Part shown: in pieces, positions 23,054-35,460 of the stretch
Position numbering within the stretch: position 1 is the stretch's first letter
Layout: each line of letters begins with the position of its first letter
From: Glycera tridactyla
Lineage: Eukaryota
DNA length: 64,000 nt
Direction: 5' to 3'
Assembly: GCA_965644265.1 (NCBI GenBank)
Contig: OZ286475.1
Span: 15,500,001-15,564,000 of the forward strand
Position numbers and translations under genes: made by a program
Notes under the pieces: model-generated
What the model saw: the letters and a program-made list of their open reading frames with translations, nothing else
Databases searched by the model: none
Told to the model about the DNA's origin: nothing

Positions 23054-25891
23054 CTAGTTTTTGGCATCGTGTTTCGGGGATGCATAAAAGGTGTTTGTCA
23101 GAGGAGCGGAGAGAGCGTGAGGGGGTGTAGGGGTGTAGGGAAGAAGCAATTTCGACAGGTAGTTTGGAGCCATACCATGGAGAGCCTTGTAGGTCATGGA
23201 CAGGATTTTAAAAGTGATCCGATGTTCGATGGGGAGCCAGTGAAGCTTTTCCAAGACAGGAGTGATGTGTTGGTGGTGACTGCAGGATGCTGTTAACCGA
23301 GCTGCACAGTTCATGACATGCTGTAGTTTACTGATGTGGGTCTTTGGAAGACCATAAAGGGCACTATTGCAGTAATCAAGTTTGGAGGAGATTAGTGAGT
23401 GGATCAGGATTTTTGTTGCATCTGACGTTAGAAATTTGCGGATGCGACTGATTTTGTGTAGCTGAAAGAATGCAGATTTACAGATAGCAGAGACATGTGG
23501 GGTAAGGGTTAGGCGACTGTCAAAGATGACACCCAGATTTTTGGCAGAGCTGCCAGAGCTGATGATGTCCTCCCCAATCTTAATATTTTGGATGGATGGG
23601 AAATTTATGTTGCTGTGGCTGGAAAAGAGAAGAAACTCAGTCTTGGAGTCATTAAGTTTGAGCTTATTTGTGAGCATCCAAGACCTAATTTCGGCAATGC
23701 AGCACTCGAGCGTGTCTATGGCAGTGGATTTTGCGATAGGGTCATTGTTGTCAAAAGTCAGATAGAGCTGTGTATCATCTGCATAGAGATGGAAGTTGAG
23801 ATCGTATTTACGAATGATGTCTCCCAGTGGAAGGGTATAGATGGTGAAGAGAATGGGACCAAGGACAGAGCCTTGGGGGACACCACAGGTCAGTCTCTCA
23901 CTGGGTGATCTAAAGCCAGAGATTGATACATACTGAGATCTGGATAGGAGGTAAGAGTGGAACCACATAAGGACAGAGCCATCAATACCAATCATATTGG
24001 CCAGTCTGTCCAGTAGGATGGTGTGATCGACAGTGTCGAATGCAGCAGACAGATCTAACAGAACAAGGCAGATTGACTTTTGGGCATCTAAGGCCATGAG
24101 GATATCATTCAGGGCATATACAATTGCAGTTTCGGTTGAGTGGTGCTTACGATACGCTGATTGGTAGGTTTCAGAGCGAGAGTTGTTGGACAGATGTGAA
24201 TTCAATTGTGAGGCAACAACTCTCTCTATAAGCTTAGATATATAGGGAAGATTGGAGATAGGGCGGTAGTTATTGAGGTCGTCAGGGTCAAGATGGGCTT
24301 TCTTTAGTATGGGGCTGAGCATGGCTTCAGTTAATTGGTTTGGCATAGTGCCTTCGTCAAGTGACGCATTGATCAATCGTGTGAGTATGTGACAGAGGTG
24401 TGGGTGGGACAATTCGAAAAGACTGGCAGGAATGGGGTCAAGAGAGCATGACTTCATAGGTGAGGATGAGATCAGTTTAGATATTTCAGGGCTTGTAACA
24501 GGAGTAAAGGAGGAAAACTTGATATGAGACATTGGTTCAGGGGATGAGTTTGGATGATACTGCACAGAATTTTCAACTTGGGTGAGATTGTTGTGGATTT
24601 TGACTATTTCATTTGTGAAAAAATTGGCAAAGTCTTCAGCCAGAGACTCAGGACAGTTGTGGGAGGGGAGAGGCGTGGCAGATGTGTGGTGAAGAAGCTT
24701 GTTTGCAAGTCTGAACAGTGCACTTTGGTCACTACCGCACTGATGGACCAGGTCATTGAAGTGTTTGGTCTTGGTTGAGATTAAGCATTTGTTATATGTG
24801 TGGGATTTAGTTTTGTGAATTTCAGCATCAATTGTAAGTCCAGTGCATTTGGCTTTACTTTCAGATCTTCTGAGGTCCCGTTTCATGGCCCCCAGTTCAC
24901 TGGTATACCATCTAGACTCAGGTCGGTCAGTGATGGTCTTTTCTTTCAGCGGAGCATGTTTGTTTATTATCAGCGATAGAGTGCTGTTATACTGGGACAC
25001 CAGATCAGAAGCTTTGGTGGCTGGAGAATCAGAAAGGTCAGATTTAATGATGTCATTATTGAAATCAGTCACATTAATCTTTGAGAAGCTCCTATATTTG
25101 ATCTTGTTTGTGGTAGGAGAGGGTTTGTTCATTGCTAGTGTAAGCATGATGGCTTTGTGGTCCGAGATGTGTGGGTCAGTGATGTTTACTTCAGATATGA
25201 TGGGATCATCTGTTCTGGTGATGACCAAGTCCAGAGTGTGGCCAGAGGCATGAGTAGCTCCATGCACATGTTGCTTGAGGTTGCTTGAGTTTAGAAGAGA
25301 CTGAAACTTGGTTGCAGGTTGGCTTTTTGGATCATCCAGGTGGAAATTGAAGTCCCCTGTGATGATGAGATGGCCAGGAGAGATGATCAGACCTTCAAGA
25401 AATGTCTGGAAGTCTAAGAGGAACATGTCTGGTGTGACTTTTTTCTTGGTAGAGTATGGAGGACGATAGATAGTGACAAGACGGAGACTGGTCTTACTTG
25501 TGGTGATGGAGAGATCTAAGTGTTCAAAGGAAGAGAAAGCTGTGTGGTGATTTACCTTGATACTGAGAGAGGATTTGAAAACAACCCCAACTCCCCCATC
25601 CCTTCTGCCACATCTTGGGCGGTGTTGGAAGGAGAATCCAGGCCCAGTGATGTCATTGATTTGGTGGGAAGACCCTTCGCCAGGTTTGAGCCAGGTTTCA
25701 GTTAGGGCTGCGCAATCCAAGTCTTCACTGGTGATAAAGTCTCTGATTAGGGTGGCCTTCTTGTCACTGCCAATAGAGCGCACATTGAGAAGGGATAATC
25801 TGAGGTGTTTGACCATGGCAGGCGATACACGACGTACCTTCAACAAGTTTGTGCAAGGTTGATGGGGACGGCGGGGTTGAGGAATAGACAC
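23054..25891 (-). CDS. L2 ORF2: AP endonuclease plus reverse transcriptase
   Basis: LLNVRS, LTETW, IYRPP, GDFNFH, HTLDLV, SDH, NYRPISNL, LLDLSAAFDTVDH, GVPQGSVLGP, YADD. Only the extreme C-terminus is frameshifted. Confidence 0.95.
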   Translation of the reverse strand: MSIPQPRRPHQPCTNLLKVRRVSPAMVKHLRLSLLNVRSIGSDKKATLIRDFITSEDLDCAALTETWLKPGEGSSHQINDITGPGFSFQHRPRCGRRDGGVGVVFKSSLSIKVNHHTAFSSFEHLDLSITTSKTSLRLVTIYRPPYSTKKKVTPDMFLLDFQTFLEGLIISPGHLIITGDFNFHLDDPKSQPATKFQSLLNSSNLKQHVHGATHASGHTLDLVITRTDDPIISEVNITDPHISDHKAIMLTLAMNKPSPTTNKIKYRSFSKINVTDFNNDIIKSDLSDSPATKASDLVSQYNSTLSLIINKHAPLKEKTITDRPESRWYTSELGAMKRDLRRSESKAKCTGLTIDAEIHKTKSHTYNKCLISTKTKHFNDLVHQCGSDQSALFRLANKLLHHTSATPLPSHNCPESLAEDFANFFTNEIVKIHNNLTQVENSVQYHPNSSPEPMSHIKFSSFTPVTSPEISKLISSSPMKSCSLDPIPASLFELSHPHLCHILTRLINASLDEGTMPNQLTEAMLSPILKKAHLDPDDLNNYRPISNLPYISKLIERVVASQLNSHLSNNSRSETYQSAYRKHHSTETAIVYALNDILMALDAQKSICLVLLDLSAAFDTVDHTILLDRLANMIGIDGSVLMWFHSYLLSRSQYVSISGFRSPSERLTCGVPQGSVLGPILFTIYTLPLGDIIRKYDLNFHLYADDTQLYLTFDNNDPIAKSTAIDTLECCIAEIRSWMLTNKLKLNDSKTEFLLFSSHSNINFPSIQNIKIGEDIISSGSSAKNLGVIFDSRLTLTPHVSAICKSAFFQLHKISRIRKFLTSDATKILIHSLISSKLDYCNSALYGLPKTHISKLQHVMNCAARLTASCSHHQHITPVLEKLHWLPIEHRITFKILSMTYKALHGMAPNYLSKLLLPYTPTPPHALSAPLTNTFYASPKHDAKN

Positions 25892-26369
25892 TTGTGAGGT
25901 GATTATGGGGATTTTTTTGAGAATTTAAAGAGGGTATGGGAGTGTTCGTGCATATTGTGGTGAGGTTGGTCAAATTACAGCTGCGCTTCACATGGAGTTT
26001 CCTAGACAGGGTGATTCTTGTGGTGATTTGCTTGGGTTGATAGTTGGTATGGCCAGGAGGATCGGAGCAGCCATGATGCTGTCCCCATATACCAAGACTG
26101 AGTTTGCATGGACAATTCCTTCTGAGGGTGTGCAGGGTATTCTCATCATAGGTGATTCTCAGGTTGGGAAATGGTGCTATGGAGTTTGGCTTTTTCTGGG
26201 TAGCGGACACTGGCCCAGAGTACAGTGTAGAGGTTGACACAATATTGGGTGAGCAGATGGAATGGGGTAGGCGAGCAGACATAGGTGGTAAATGAGCAGT
26301 AACTTCAGGGTGGGTGGTTTGTGCAGCCTCAGATGGGGGTGTCAGACTAGGAACTGTAGCGGCAGCTGC

Positions 26370-26812
26370 TATGATGCCATTGTAGTGGTCGCCGAGGCGC
26401 TGCATCATGATGTTTGGGGATGTATGGTTTGGAGATTCAATACTTATGACATTGAAGGACTGATCATGTTTGGTATCATATATGATCAAATTCAGTTCAA
26501 AGGCCCTCGAAAGTATGATAGGCACTAGATCTCCAAAATTGGAGTTGTATCTCTTGTGTAAAATGTAGAGGTCAAGGTCCCGGGAAATTTCATGCTCAGG
26601 ATACCCGAATAATGAGTAATGCTCAAAGCTCTGAGCTGTCTCTAGTCTTATAGACCTGTAGATGGAATTGAGGCTTGGGGTTCACTGCTGAGTTGACTCG
26701 CCCATGATGAGCGCAGGCTATGCAGAAGGCAGTGACCATCCATTGGGGAAGGTGATATGGCCATTCCCTTATTTTTCAGGAGGGCTTGGATTGAGTGGGA
26801 GGTGGATGCCAT
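26370..26812 (-). pseudogene. OTU-like cysteine protease domain upstream of ORF2 (one frameshift near 26660)
   Basis: From ATG 26812: SPMDGHCLLHSL (Cys at 26731-26729), then after a 1-nt shift LDLYILHKRYNSNFGDLVPIILSRAFELNLIIY...RLGDHYN (His at 26387-26385). Confidence 0.75.
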
Positions 26813-27949
26813 TTCTATAGTGATTTGCAGGCAGGTAGATGATATGAAAATCACAGACACACCAGTGTCGTTTCAGTGATAATGTTGCTCAGTACTGACT
26901 ATGGGTTTGCAACTCTGATTTGGGAGAAAGGAAGAGCAGACACTCAAATTCCTGAACAGGATAATGAAAAGTAAAATCGCAAGGTGAAATAGTTCAAAGA
27001 GCGAGAAAGCGGGAAGACAGATAATCTATGAAGTAGTGAATAATCTAGTTGTAAAAAATGGTCACAGACACAAGAGTGACGTCACACAATCGAAGTTTTG
27101 AACAGTGCTGAAAGGTGATGGTGCGACAGATAAAGATGATAGGAGCTTACACTCAGACTCCTGAACAAGCAATGATAGGTTAATTGGCAATGGTATGAAA
27201 ATCACAGACACACTAGTGTCATTTCACTGTACGCAACTTCAGATCAAGAGGTGTACCGTATCACAGTGAGGAAAAATGAAAATGAATTTTTATGATGGGG
27301 ATATATCACAGTAACTAGGAGACTATCACAGCATGAAGTCTAACAAGTGAGGAAAGTAGTGTAAAAGAAATAAAATGTATATATCACAATCATAGGTGAT
27401 CTCATAAAACAGAGCATTAGAAAGACAAGCATACACTGTTCAGAACCAAACGAGTTTAATTCATCAGAAAAATTACAGAGTGAAAAAAAATAGCAATAAA
27501 TCGATGAGAAGCACGAATATGGAGTGTGCAACCTGCTGAAGACATTCAAAAGTGCTTAGAGATGGCAAGCTTAAAAGAAGACAAGGATGTCAGGTAGGTG
27601 GTGGAATGCTTGCTTGAATGCTTGTGCGTGCATTCTCTATAGGGCCTTATCCAGTTCAAAATGCGGTCGATGAGAGTCACCTAGTGGTTCTGGATGAGAA
27701 TGTTAGTTCCAGAGACTGCCAACGATGGCGAGGGCATGCCAGGAGCAAGCAAAACAAATCCCGCGCTCAGGTAGGGCGATAATACAGGTTTAGTTACGAA
27801 AAGAGCTGTAAAACACATTAAAATACAAGATGAAAGCTAAAACTGATGTTCGCCACGATCAGTGTTACATGCCGAAGATATACGTGCTAGTCCAGATTTG
27901 GAGAGATGCTGATAAATCCGAGTCTGATAGTAACAACATGAGCGCCGAA

Positions 27950-29056
27950 AATGTGATGATGTACGCGGTTTAACGATCAAACCCACAAACTGTGAGCAGC
28001 ACCTGCTGGTAAGCAAGAGAACTACTCATGTAGCACTGACATCTGTTGGCTAGTTGGGTGGGTGAATTATGGTTTTTGTACATTAACTTCAAAAATTTCA
28101 GGGCTAGCCTTCTCAAACTTGATGTACAGACTCTCCTAGGCCATGGTAAGACACCCATCAATTTTAGGGCGACCATCTTGAATTTCAAGGTCACCGAGTG
28201 CAAAAAGGTCGAAATGGTTTCCGGACAATAATTCCGAAAGTGCCAAGCCTAGCATTGGCAAAATTGATGTACATACTCTGCTAGACTATGGGAAGATGCC
28301 TACTGATTTTGAGGCAGCAATCTCGAATTTCAAGACATGTATTCTACTTCAGTGATGCCGTGAATTGGATGCTTATATCCATATGATGTTATTGTATGTG
28401 GAAATCAAAGGGTCATTTTTTCCAACCTCAAATAATGAGAAGAAAATTGAGGGAGCAAATACAGACATCTTTATTATAGAAAATGATCATTTTCAGTGTA
28501 TATTTGTCTGGAATGACTCAGGACTATGGATGATGGATTTGTTTTTTTGCCGAATCCAGACGTAAAAGGGTGAATTTCACAAAGAAAGTCCACGGTGACC
28601 TGTGATGATTTTTTTCACATATAAATACACTTGATATGATCTACTTTCTGGGGTGGTTTGAAGCAGTGTCCATGGTTCAATTTTTTTTTATTGTGAAAAT
28701 TTCAATTTTTTCTGCCTTTTTCCATGAAACTATCGACATTTGTGTACATATTGGCGCAGGTTTTTGGTTATGAAAGAGAATGGTTGTATGCTGTATGATT
28801 TTCTGCTTTGTTTTCTGTCCGTATTGAGTGAAATATCAACATAAAAGTGGTGCAATAACAATTACAATTCTATTTATTGGTGCTGGCATATCCAAGACAA
28901 CTTGAAAAAATGACCACCAGATGGTGTACCAATACTCGGAATTTTCCACGGTGACTCACAAATATTTTGATGGAAAATTGATCTGGTGATCCAAGTGAGC
29001 TACCATACCAAATTTCATTGAGGTTCCATGGGATTTTTGAATAGTGTGTATTATCC
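27950..29056. repeat. Unclassified interspersed repeat with an internal tandem duplication of about 130 bp
   Basis: aaacttgatgtacagactct...atcttgaatttcaag at about 28110-28190 recurs at about 28260-28335. Ends ccttaa at the LINE-A junction. No ORF. Confidence 0.35.
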
Positions 29057-29293
29057 TTAAGGTCCGGCGTCAGTGATTGTGGTGTTTAAAAAGGATTCAG
29101 TAAGACACAAGACATCAAGATCACTGCGTTTCAACAGTGTAGATACATCATCGTACTTCCTGACAATATTACGGATGTTCAGAGCACCCGTAGCAATTCC
29201 AGGCAGATTCAATAAAGCCATAGAACAATAGTCACTGTCATTAGTGTCATTATTTACAGGAAATACAAATTTATTCTTACGTGGGCCTGGCAT
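29057..29293 (-). mobile_element. LINE-A APE N-terminus
   Basis: GALNIRNI...DLDVLCLTESFLNTTITDA joins naturally to SIPTYKFSRQDR at 22803. Confidence 0.85.
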
Positions 29294-29633
29294 CTAATTT
29301 CTATTTGCTAGTAATCTAAGAATCCTAACAACAAATTCAATATAAACTCGATTGTGGGGAGAGCAGTGACCGAGGAAAGACTATGATATATGATACAAGC
29401 ACTCGCTCATATCTGCATGCACACAAACACACACTCACCCATCCTCACAGACGTACACATATTCTTGCAGTCCATACAAACACACCCACCCACACACCAG
29501 TATAAAGGGCATGAAGATACATCCCTTTAATGAAAATAGATAAATAGATAAATAGATAGATAGATAAACAGTATCAAACGCCCATATCTAGGAGGTACAT
29601 CCTTACTCAGATGCACACATATCCTCACAGTCC

Positions 29634-29664
<31 letters not shown>

Positions 29665-32600
29665 ACTCACACTTAATAATGATCCGGGCATGCAATTACA
29701 TCCCATTAATAATGAATAAATAAATAAACAGACATTATCATGTGACTGTGTCTAGGAGGCACCAGATACGGATAATAGGATAGTCTATGATCAGTGTAGA
29801 ATCACAAACAGTCGTGGCTTACCATATCCTTGACGGATTAAAAATATGCAATAATTAGTATCAACAGTTTGGCTCCAGTGGAATATCGCAAAATGCGTGC
29901 ATCACAATAATCTTGATAACATGTGAACTATTCCATTTGATTTACCTTAAAAAAAATATATATATATATATAAAATTGAGTAGATCTAACTTTGTACCTC
30001 ACGAGAGCAGGAATTCATAAGAGTTGGGTGAGAAAATTCATAGGATACATGTCAGGAAGTTCTGTCTCAAAAAAAAAAAACCACTTGGATTTGATAGATA
30101 AACAAGATGATAGAGGTAAGCTAGGCCCCAACTCATATGACATTAATATAAACATGTAATGGAAAAAGACCAAATGATAGTATTTTTGGCTAGAGAGGGC
30201 TTGTGGCTTGAGAATGCTAGAACCATTATCAACACTACTGAGTAGGTATTTGGCATTGATGTCACTTGCATAATGTAGGACAAAGTCGGGTTTACTTCAA
30301 TGAAAAAAATTATAGGTTTTATTCATCATGAATAATCTATGTGTGGCTATATCATGGGTCTGGATCCAGTAATTTATTCAGAAGGTGAAGTTTCAGAGTA
30401 AGAGAAGAACACCTCGGTGGGTCCTTTAGAAACATACTCTGATTACTTCTGCTTCTTGCATTTAGACTCCCATGCTACCATTACTTTAGGAATGTAATCC
30501 TTCGATCCGAGAGCCAAAATGCTGACTTGGAAAATATTCTTATAAAGACCCTTTGTATTCCTGATAGATTCCCTGGTCTCAAGGAACTGTGTTGAAATCC
30601 TTACGTTTGTTAATATTCATGCCTGGCTAAGGACTCAAGCAATCAAGTGACCTCAGTGGTAAGAAATAGCAAGTATAGAGACTAGGCCCTAGGAATCTCC
30701 TCAGTCCCTTTTGCTAGGACTGTGCTACTCTTACTGATTATCAAAACGTTGTCTAGGGTAGACAACAAAAAAGCGTGATTGTGATATAATCTTTCCTCAG
30801 GCAACCAACTGTGATTCAAAATTCATCTTGTGAAGAGCATGTTTGTTCAGAGACAGGCATTGAAACACGGAACAAATAAGTAACAGATATTGACTTAATA
30901 TCATTTATTGCAGCACAATTCTCCTCCTCGCTCCATCACCCTTCTCTTCTTGGTATCAAATAAGAAATGAAAGTTCAAACTAGGCGGACCTCCAGGTTAC
31001 TTCAAGAAAGAAGTAATTGCATCATCACTCGAACTCAAGCTCACAGATACTCGCACATACACCCAAATATCTGTTCACAACACAGTTTCTGCTCCACGTT
31101 CACCAATACGGATCCAAAGGAGAAGTGCACATGGTTAGTGTGTGTAACGGGCTGGAAGTATGAATGATGAATGAAGATGAAATGGAAGATCAAAGATCCC
31201 AATTCAACTACCCAAGTTCAAATCAACCCAAGTGGTGCAGATCCTCTGGGATTATCAGTTCAGAAACGATACGCTATAAAGATAGAGAAAACGTTTCCGG
31301 TCTACGATGAACTCAGAACCAAACACGTCATCACTTCTCGTGAGCGAATACCAAAACTAAACAATCCCCAGGACTACACGAGCGGACGGTGCGATTTAGA
31401 GATGATTTATACTACAATAACTTCGTGGGACCAAGTTTGACTTCGAAACATTCAAGTTCTAACTCTGGGATCAAGCAAGAACTAAAGTCGAAGTGATGCT
31501 GGTCACTGAAAAGCGATAATCTTCATAGCGATGAGCTAGTGAGTGAAAGAAAACACCGGGAGGCGTTCAAGTCAACTGTGAATGCACCTACAAGTCACGC
31601 TCAGACTGAAGGAAGCTAAGCGCTGTAGCACACACAACACACATATCGCTGATTCACCCAAGCATACGGCAGGCCGCTAAAGCTGGAAAGAGTTCATCAG
31701 GTATTCGAACACTTTAAAGAAGAATTTGACAGTCTATGAAGATGAATGACGCTTCAAGACTAAAGATCTCAATTCAAAATTCAAATTCAAATTTCAAAAT
31801 CTAAATTGAAATTCTAAACCAAAGAAGTGTTCACAGAATAGTGTTCACAGTGTAACACGCTGCAATTTGACTTAAGAGTTCATACTGTAAGAAATATTCC
31901 CAAGAGAAGCTTGGAGACTATCAACCAGGACAGGGGGAACAGTGTCACTCAAATGGGTTCACTACAGTGAACAAAGTCAACCGGTTTCCACCACAGGAAT
32001 GTTCATCGGTGAATCTTAAGATGTGGCAAGGTGAAACACATTACCAGTTACCATGCAGTGCTGGTCGACTGCAATGCACCAAGCTGCATACTGATTCAGA
32101 AGATGTCATAACGTCACGAGATGTCGTCACAAGATGTCGTAGACAACACACTCACACTGACTTCAAGTAACGCTCGAGCTGAACGAAGGTCATCGGAGAT
32201 CAGTCCATACCAACTATACCTAACGAATCAGCAAAGCCGGCTGACGACGAACGCTCTACTCTACAGGCGACTTCGGATTGCACAAAGGATGTCTCCGGAT
32301 GATGTCATCGGAAAGATCCAAAGATCGCCCCGAAGGCCACTCCACGACTTCTAGCACTGGAAACGTTCGGCTGACGACCAGTAAGCCATGGCATGCATGC
32401 TGCCGCTACAGGAAAAGAAGAAACCCAAATTCCCTCAGCATCCATGTGTGGTATGTGAACTTAAGTCAAAGTTTATGTTATATCGTTTAGTTTGCAATTT
32501 TTTTGGTATTTTATATTGTTCCTAATTCATTCGAAGAGACTATAGTTAAAAGAATTGAACATTCCATGTTAAGGCAATGCTCCATGTATCCACTAACTGA

Positions 32601-33269
32601 ATCGCAGACATTGGGTTTTATGTTGTTCATACTAACTCCAACAATCAGTTAAGACTAACCAGAGTCGAGATAATTAAGCTCGAAAATATTTGTTGAGCCG
32701 AGACTACTTTCAATCAAGTGATCACCTGCAATACTAATGCCATCAATAATCATTCTAACAAGAAAGCACGAAACTGATTCGCATGAACTTTGTTTTGATT
32801 CAAGTTAGCATTAGTAGAGCAATAGCCCGAATCAGGTTCCGAAAACAGACAATGTTCAACTATGCATCCAGTTGGCATGACTGTGGACTGATTCTGCTAT
32901 TTTTATTTGTTGAAATTATTCTAAGTGATTTCACAAAGAAATTGCTTGCAAAATCAAGAAATTTCAATTTCTCAATTAATTAAGTGCCATTTCAAAGAGA
33001 ACTACTCACTATCAATTGCAAAAATTAAATAAATTCCATTGTGAAATAGCAAGTGTCATGATGTTCTAAGAGGGCTATCAGTTGTAAACAAGTCAAAACT
33101 CTCACCTGGCCATATATGGAGGTCAACTGAGGACCACCCACAATGGCAAGCAACACAGTGAATTCCGAATGGAATTCTACAAGTTCACTACCTATTCCTG
33201 TGTGACAAGAATTTTCTATCTGTTCTTGTTATTCCATAGCCAAATAAAGAAAAGGAGACAAAGAGGCTA

Positions 33270-35460
33270 TTTGACTGAACTCGACAAGCTAAATTGGCTA
33301 AGATGACTAAAAGCACTAGGAGAGCTACAAAGTGTCTTCACGAAATGGAATGGGTGTAAAATGTGTCTTGGAATTGTTGTAGATATACTGTGAGGGTTCC
33401 TAAAGGTCAAAAGTCGAAAAATGAGCCAATCTAGTTGAAAACAAGAAATTTCAAGATGGCCGCCAAATATAACATGGCCGCTGCAGACCAACTCCAATGA
33501 GATACAAAGCTGGTATTCTCACACACACTATTTGGATCACCAGGCTTCCATCTGGAATGATTTTCGAATCGATATGACCAAAACTCAGAGATTTCAAGAT
33601 GGCACCCAAAATGGCCGACCAAAATATCAAAATCGTTCTCCTGAGCTTAATATTGAAACTCACCACAGCTAGATATGAATATTTGTGACTCTTTAAGCTT
33701 ATTAAATCAGAGATTTCTTGAAAATTGACGAATTTGGAGAATATATTGAATGCTGGTGAATAGAGTCAACAGCTAGCAAAATCCGTCACACCTCGAGTTT
33801 TCAAGGTAGAGACTTCATATTTCACATCATCACACATGACAGTTTGGCCAACAACTTTTATTGCATGAATTATAGATATAGTGAATTTTTCTTTAAACGA
33901 CGGATGGTTCAAGATGGTTGCAATTTGGTTGGAAAATGGTTGGAAGGCAAAATATTTCACAATCATGAAATCTGAAGCACCAAATCAACTGGAGATTTCA
34001 CAAATACTGCAACATTGGTTTTGAACATGGCTGATAGGCGAAATATGAGATTGGTTCAACCAAAATTGGTTATTCGTGATTGGTTTAGGTTGGTTGGTCT
34101 CAAACCTGGACAGATGTATCAGACAAAGCCAGAATTGCAAGAATTCGGTCTTAACACATTAGAAATCAACCGTAAGTGTGAAAAATCATGGAAAATCACG
34201 AATGGTCACAAATTCAATGTTAGTCTTTTCACAAGGGTCTAAGTTCGAAAAGTAGGTCACGTGCTTTGGGAACATTTTAGGGCACAGTATATGAACAACC
34301 GTGTATGGAGTGTTCTATAACCGTGTTCTACGCGGGTTCTAGAGTGATTCTAGGTGGTCTTGATCCCACGGACCAAACATAAACAAGCCTATGTTTACTC
34401 TCTTGTCCGGAGAATTCTCAGAACAACATTTCATAGAGATGCGATATATCTACATAGATAATGGTCTCTAACCACTCAAAACGGGTCATATCCCTCTCAA
34501 ATAGATATTGTATCACAGACGTGTAGGCAAGAAGCTTTCATGACAGCGTGAAACAACAGGAAATGTGATTTTCGGAATTCTCTTGTCTATATACTCAAAA
34601 TTGTTTTCACGATGACGGGATTTCACAAAAACAACGTTTGGCTATCAAAAGTCACGAAATACTGTGCAATAACAACATTTTGTGTGTGAAACGTCCAAAA
34701 AACAGTGTTTTGGTAAGATTTGGCTGAGAAACAGCGAAGCGCCTTTTAGAGACAAAAATGGTCAGTGAATCTAAACCAGGGCATGGGAACAATTAACCCA
34801 ACAAGGCCACACACCGCGCGTCTCTCGATCAGATCCGGCGTCTCGCAGTCATGTCAATTTCTGTCTGGAAACCTAGACAACCGTCTGACTTTGAAAGAAT
34901 ATTCTATATTGAGATCAGTTTGTTCACTTTAGAAGAAGCATTCAGGCATGCAGGACGCTTTTGGAGCGTTCTACATTCAACATTCATGGACTTAACAGCC
35001 CTGTTCGTCTCAATGCAAATCACAGATATTAGGAATACCGGATAGCACATTTATGAGACAAAATGGATATCTTACTCATTCTTTTTACCGAAATTATGAG
35101 TTACGGACCACGTATATCGTGAAAATAGACTATTTCGGACACAAATTGCATATCTCTCATAACAGACACTTCAAACACAATTGTCGGATGAATTACAGCC
35201 TGTGGATGTGGCAATAGAATCCACGTTCACCGTGCTTTCATCCTTTCACCGAAAAACATCACAAACCGCGGTCACATGGATGGCTTTCACTCTCACAACC
35301 CCCACACACCAATAGTCACGAAATATCAACCGCGAGGACATTTTGGCACACAAAACGTATCACGAGACACAGTAACAATACAAGAACATTTCCACGGCAC
35401 ATTTCATGAGTCACACTGTCATTGAAGAGAGTTTCAGAGAAAGACAGGTGTTTCACAGTG
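33270..35460. repeat. Degenerate non-coding DNA-transposon-like repeats
   Basis: Recurrent ttcaagatggc(c/a) motifs (33449, 33594, 33909) and gtcacgaaata motifs. No ORF, and no termini could be defined. Confidence 0.3.

Larger units (their letters stand above)
22804..26812 (-). mobile_element. L2-clade LINE with N-terminal OTU-like domain (5'UTR extends to about 27600, boundary uncertain)
   Basis: 3' tail gggcgctatataaatgtccatt(att)n, an intact 945-aa APE-RT frame and an upstream OTU-like coding region. Confidence 0.9.

Noticed and set aside
23003-25862. Plus-strand ORFs opposite the L2 ORF2 (and similar antisense ORFs in other LINEs)
   Set aside because: Shadow frames of a long coding strand with no independent features.
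25912-25918. Programmed -1 ribosomal frameshift at A AAA AAT between OTU and APE
   Set aside because: The -1 frame stops within a few codons. ORF2 is in the +1 frame, so a 1-nt homopolymer insertion is the simpler explanation.
26843-26885. SECIS element or hammerhead ribozyme for the ATGA...hairpin motif
   Set aside because: The stem is too short with no apical AA for a SECIS. None of the CTGATGA sites I checked had a correctly placed GAAA and stems.
30900-32500. Short plus-strand ORFs as a gene or gag
   Set aside because: No recognisable motif, no splice logic and no LTR pair could be found.
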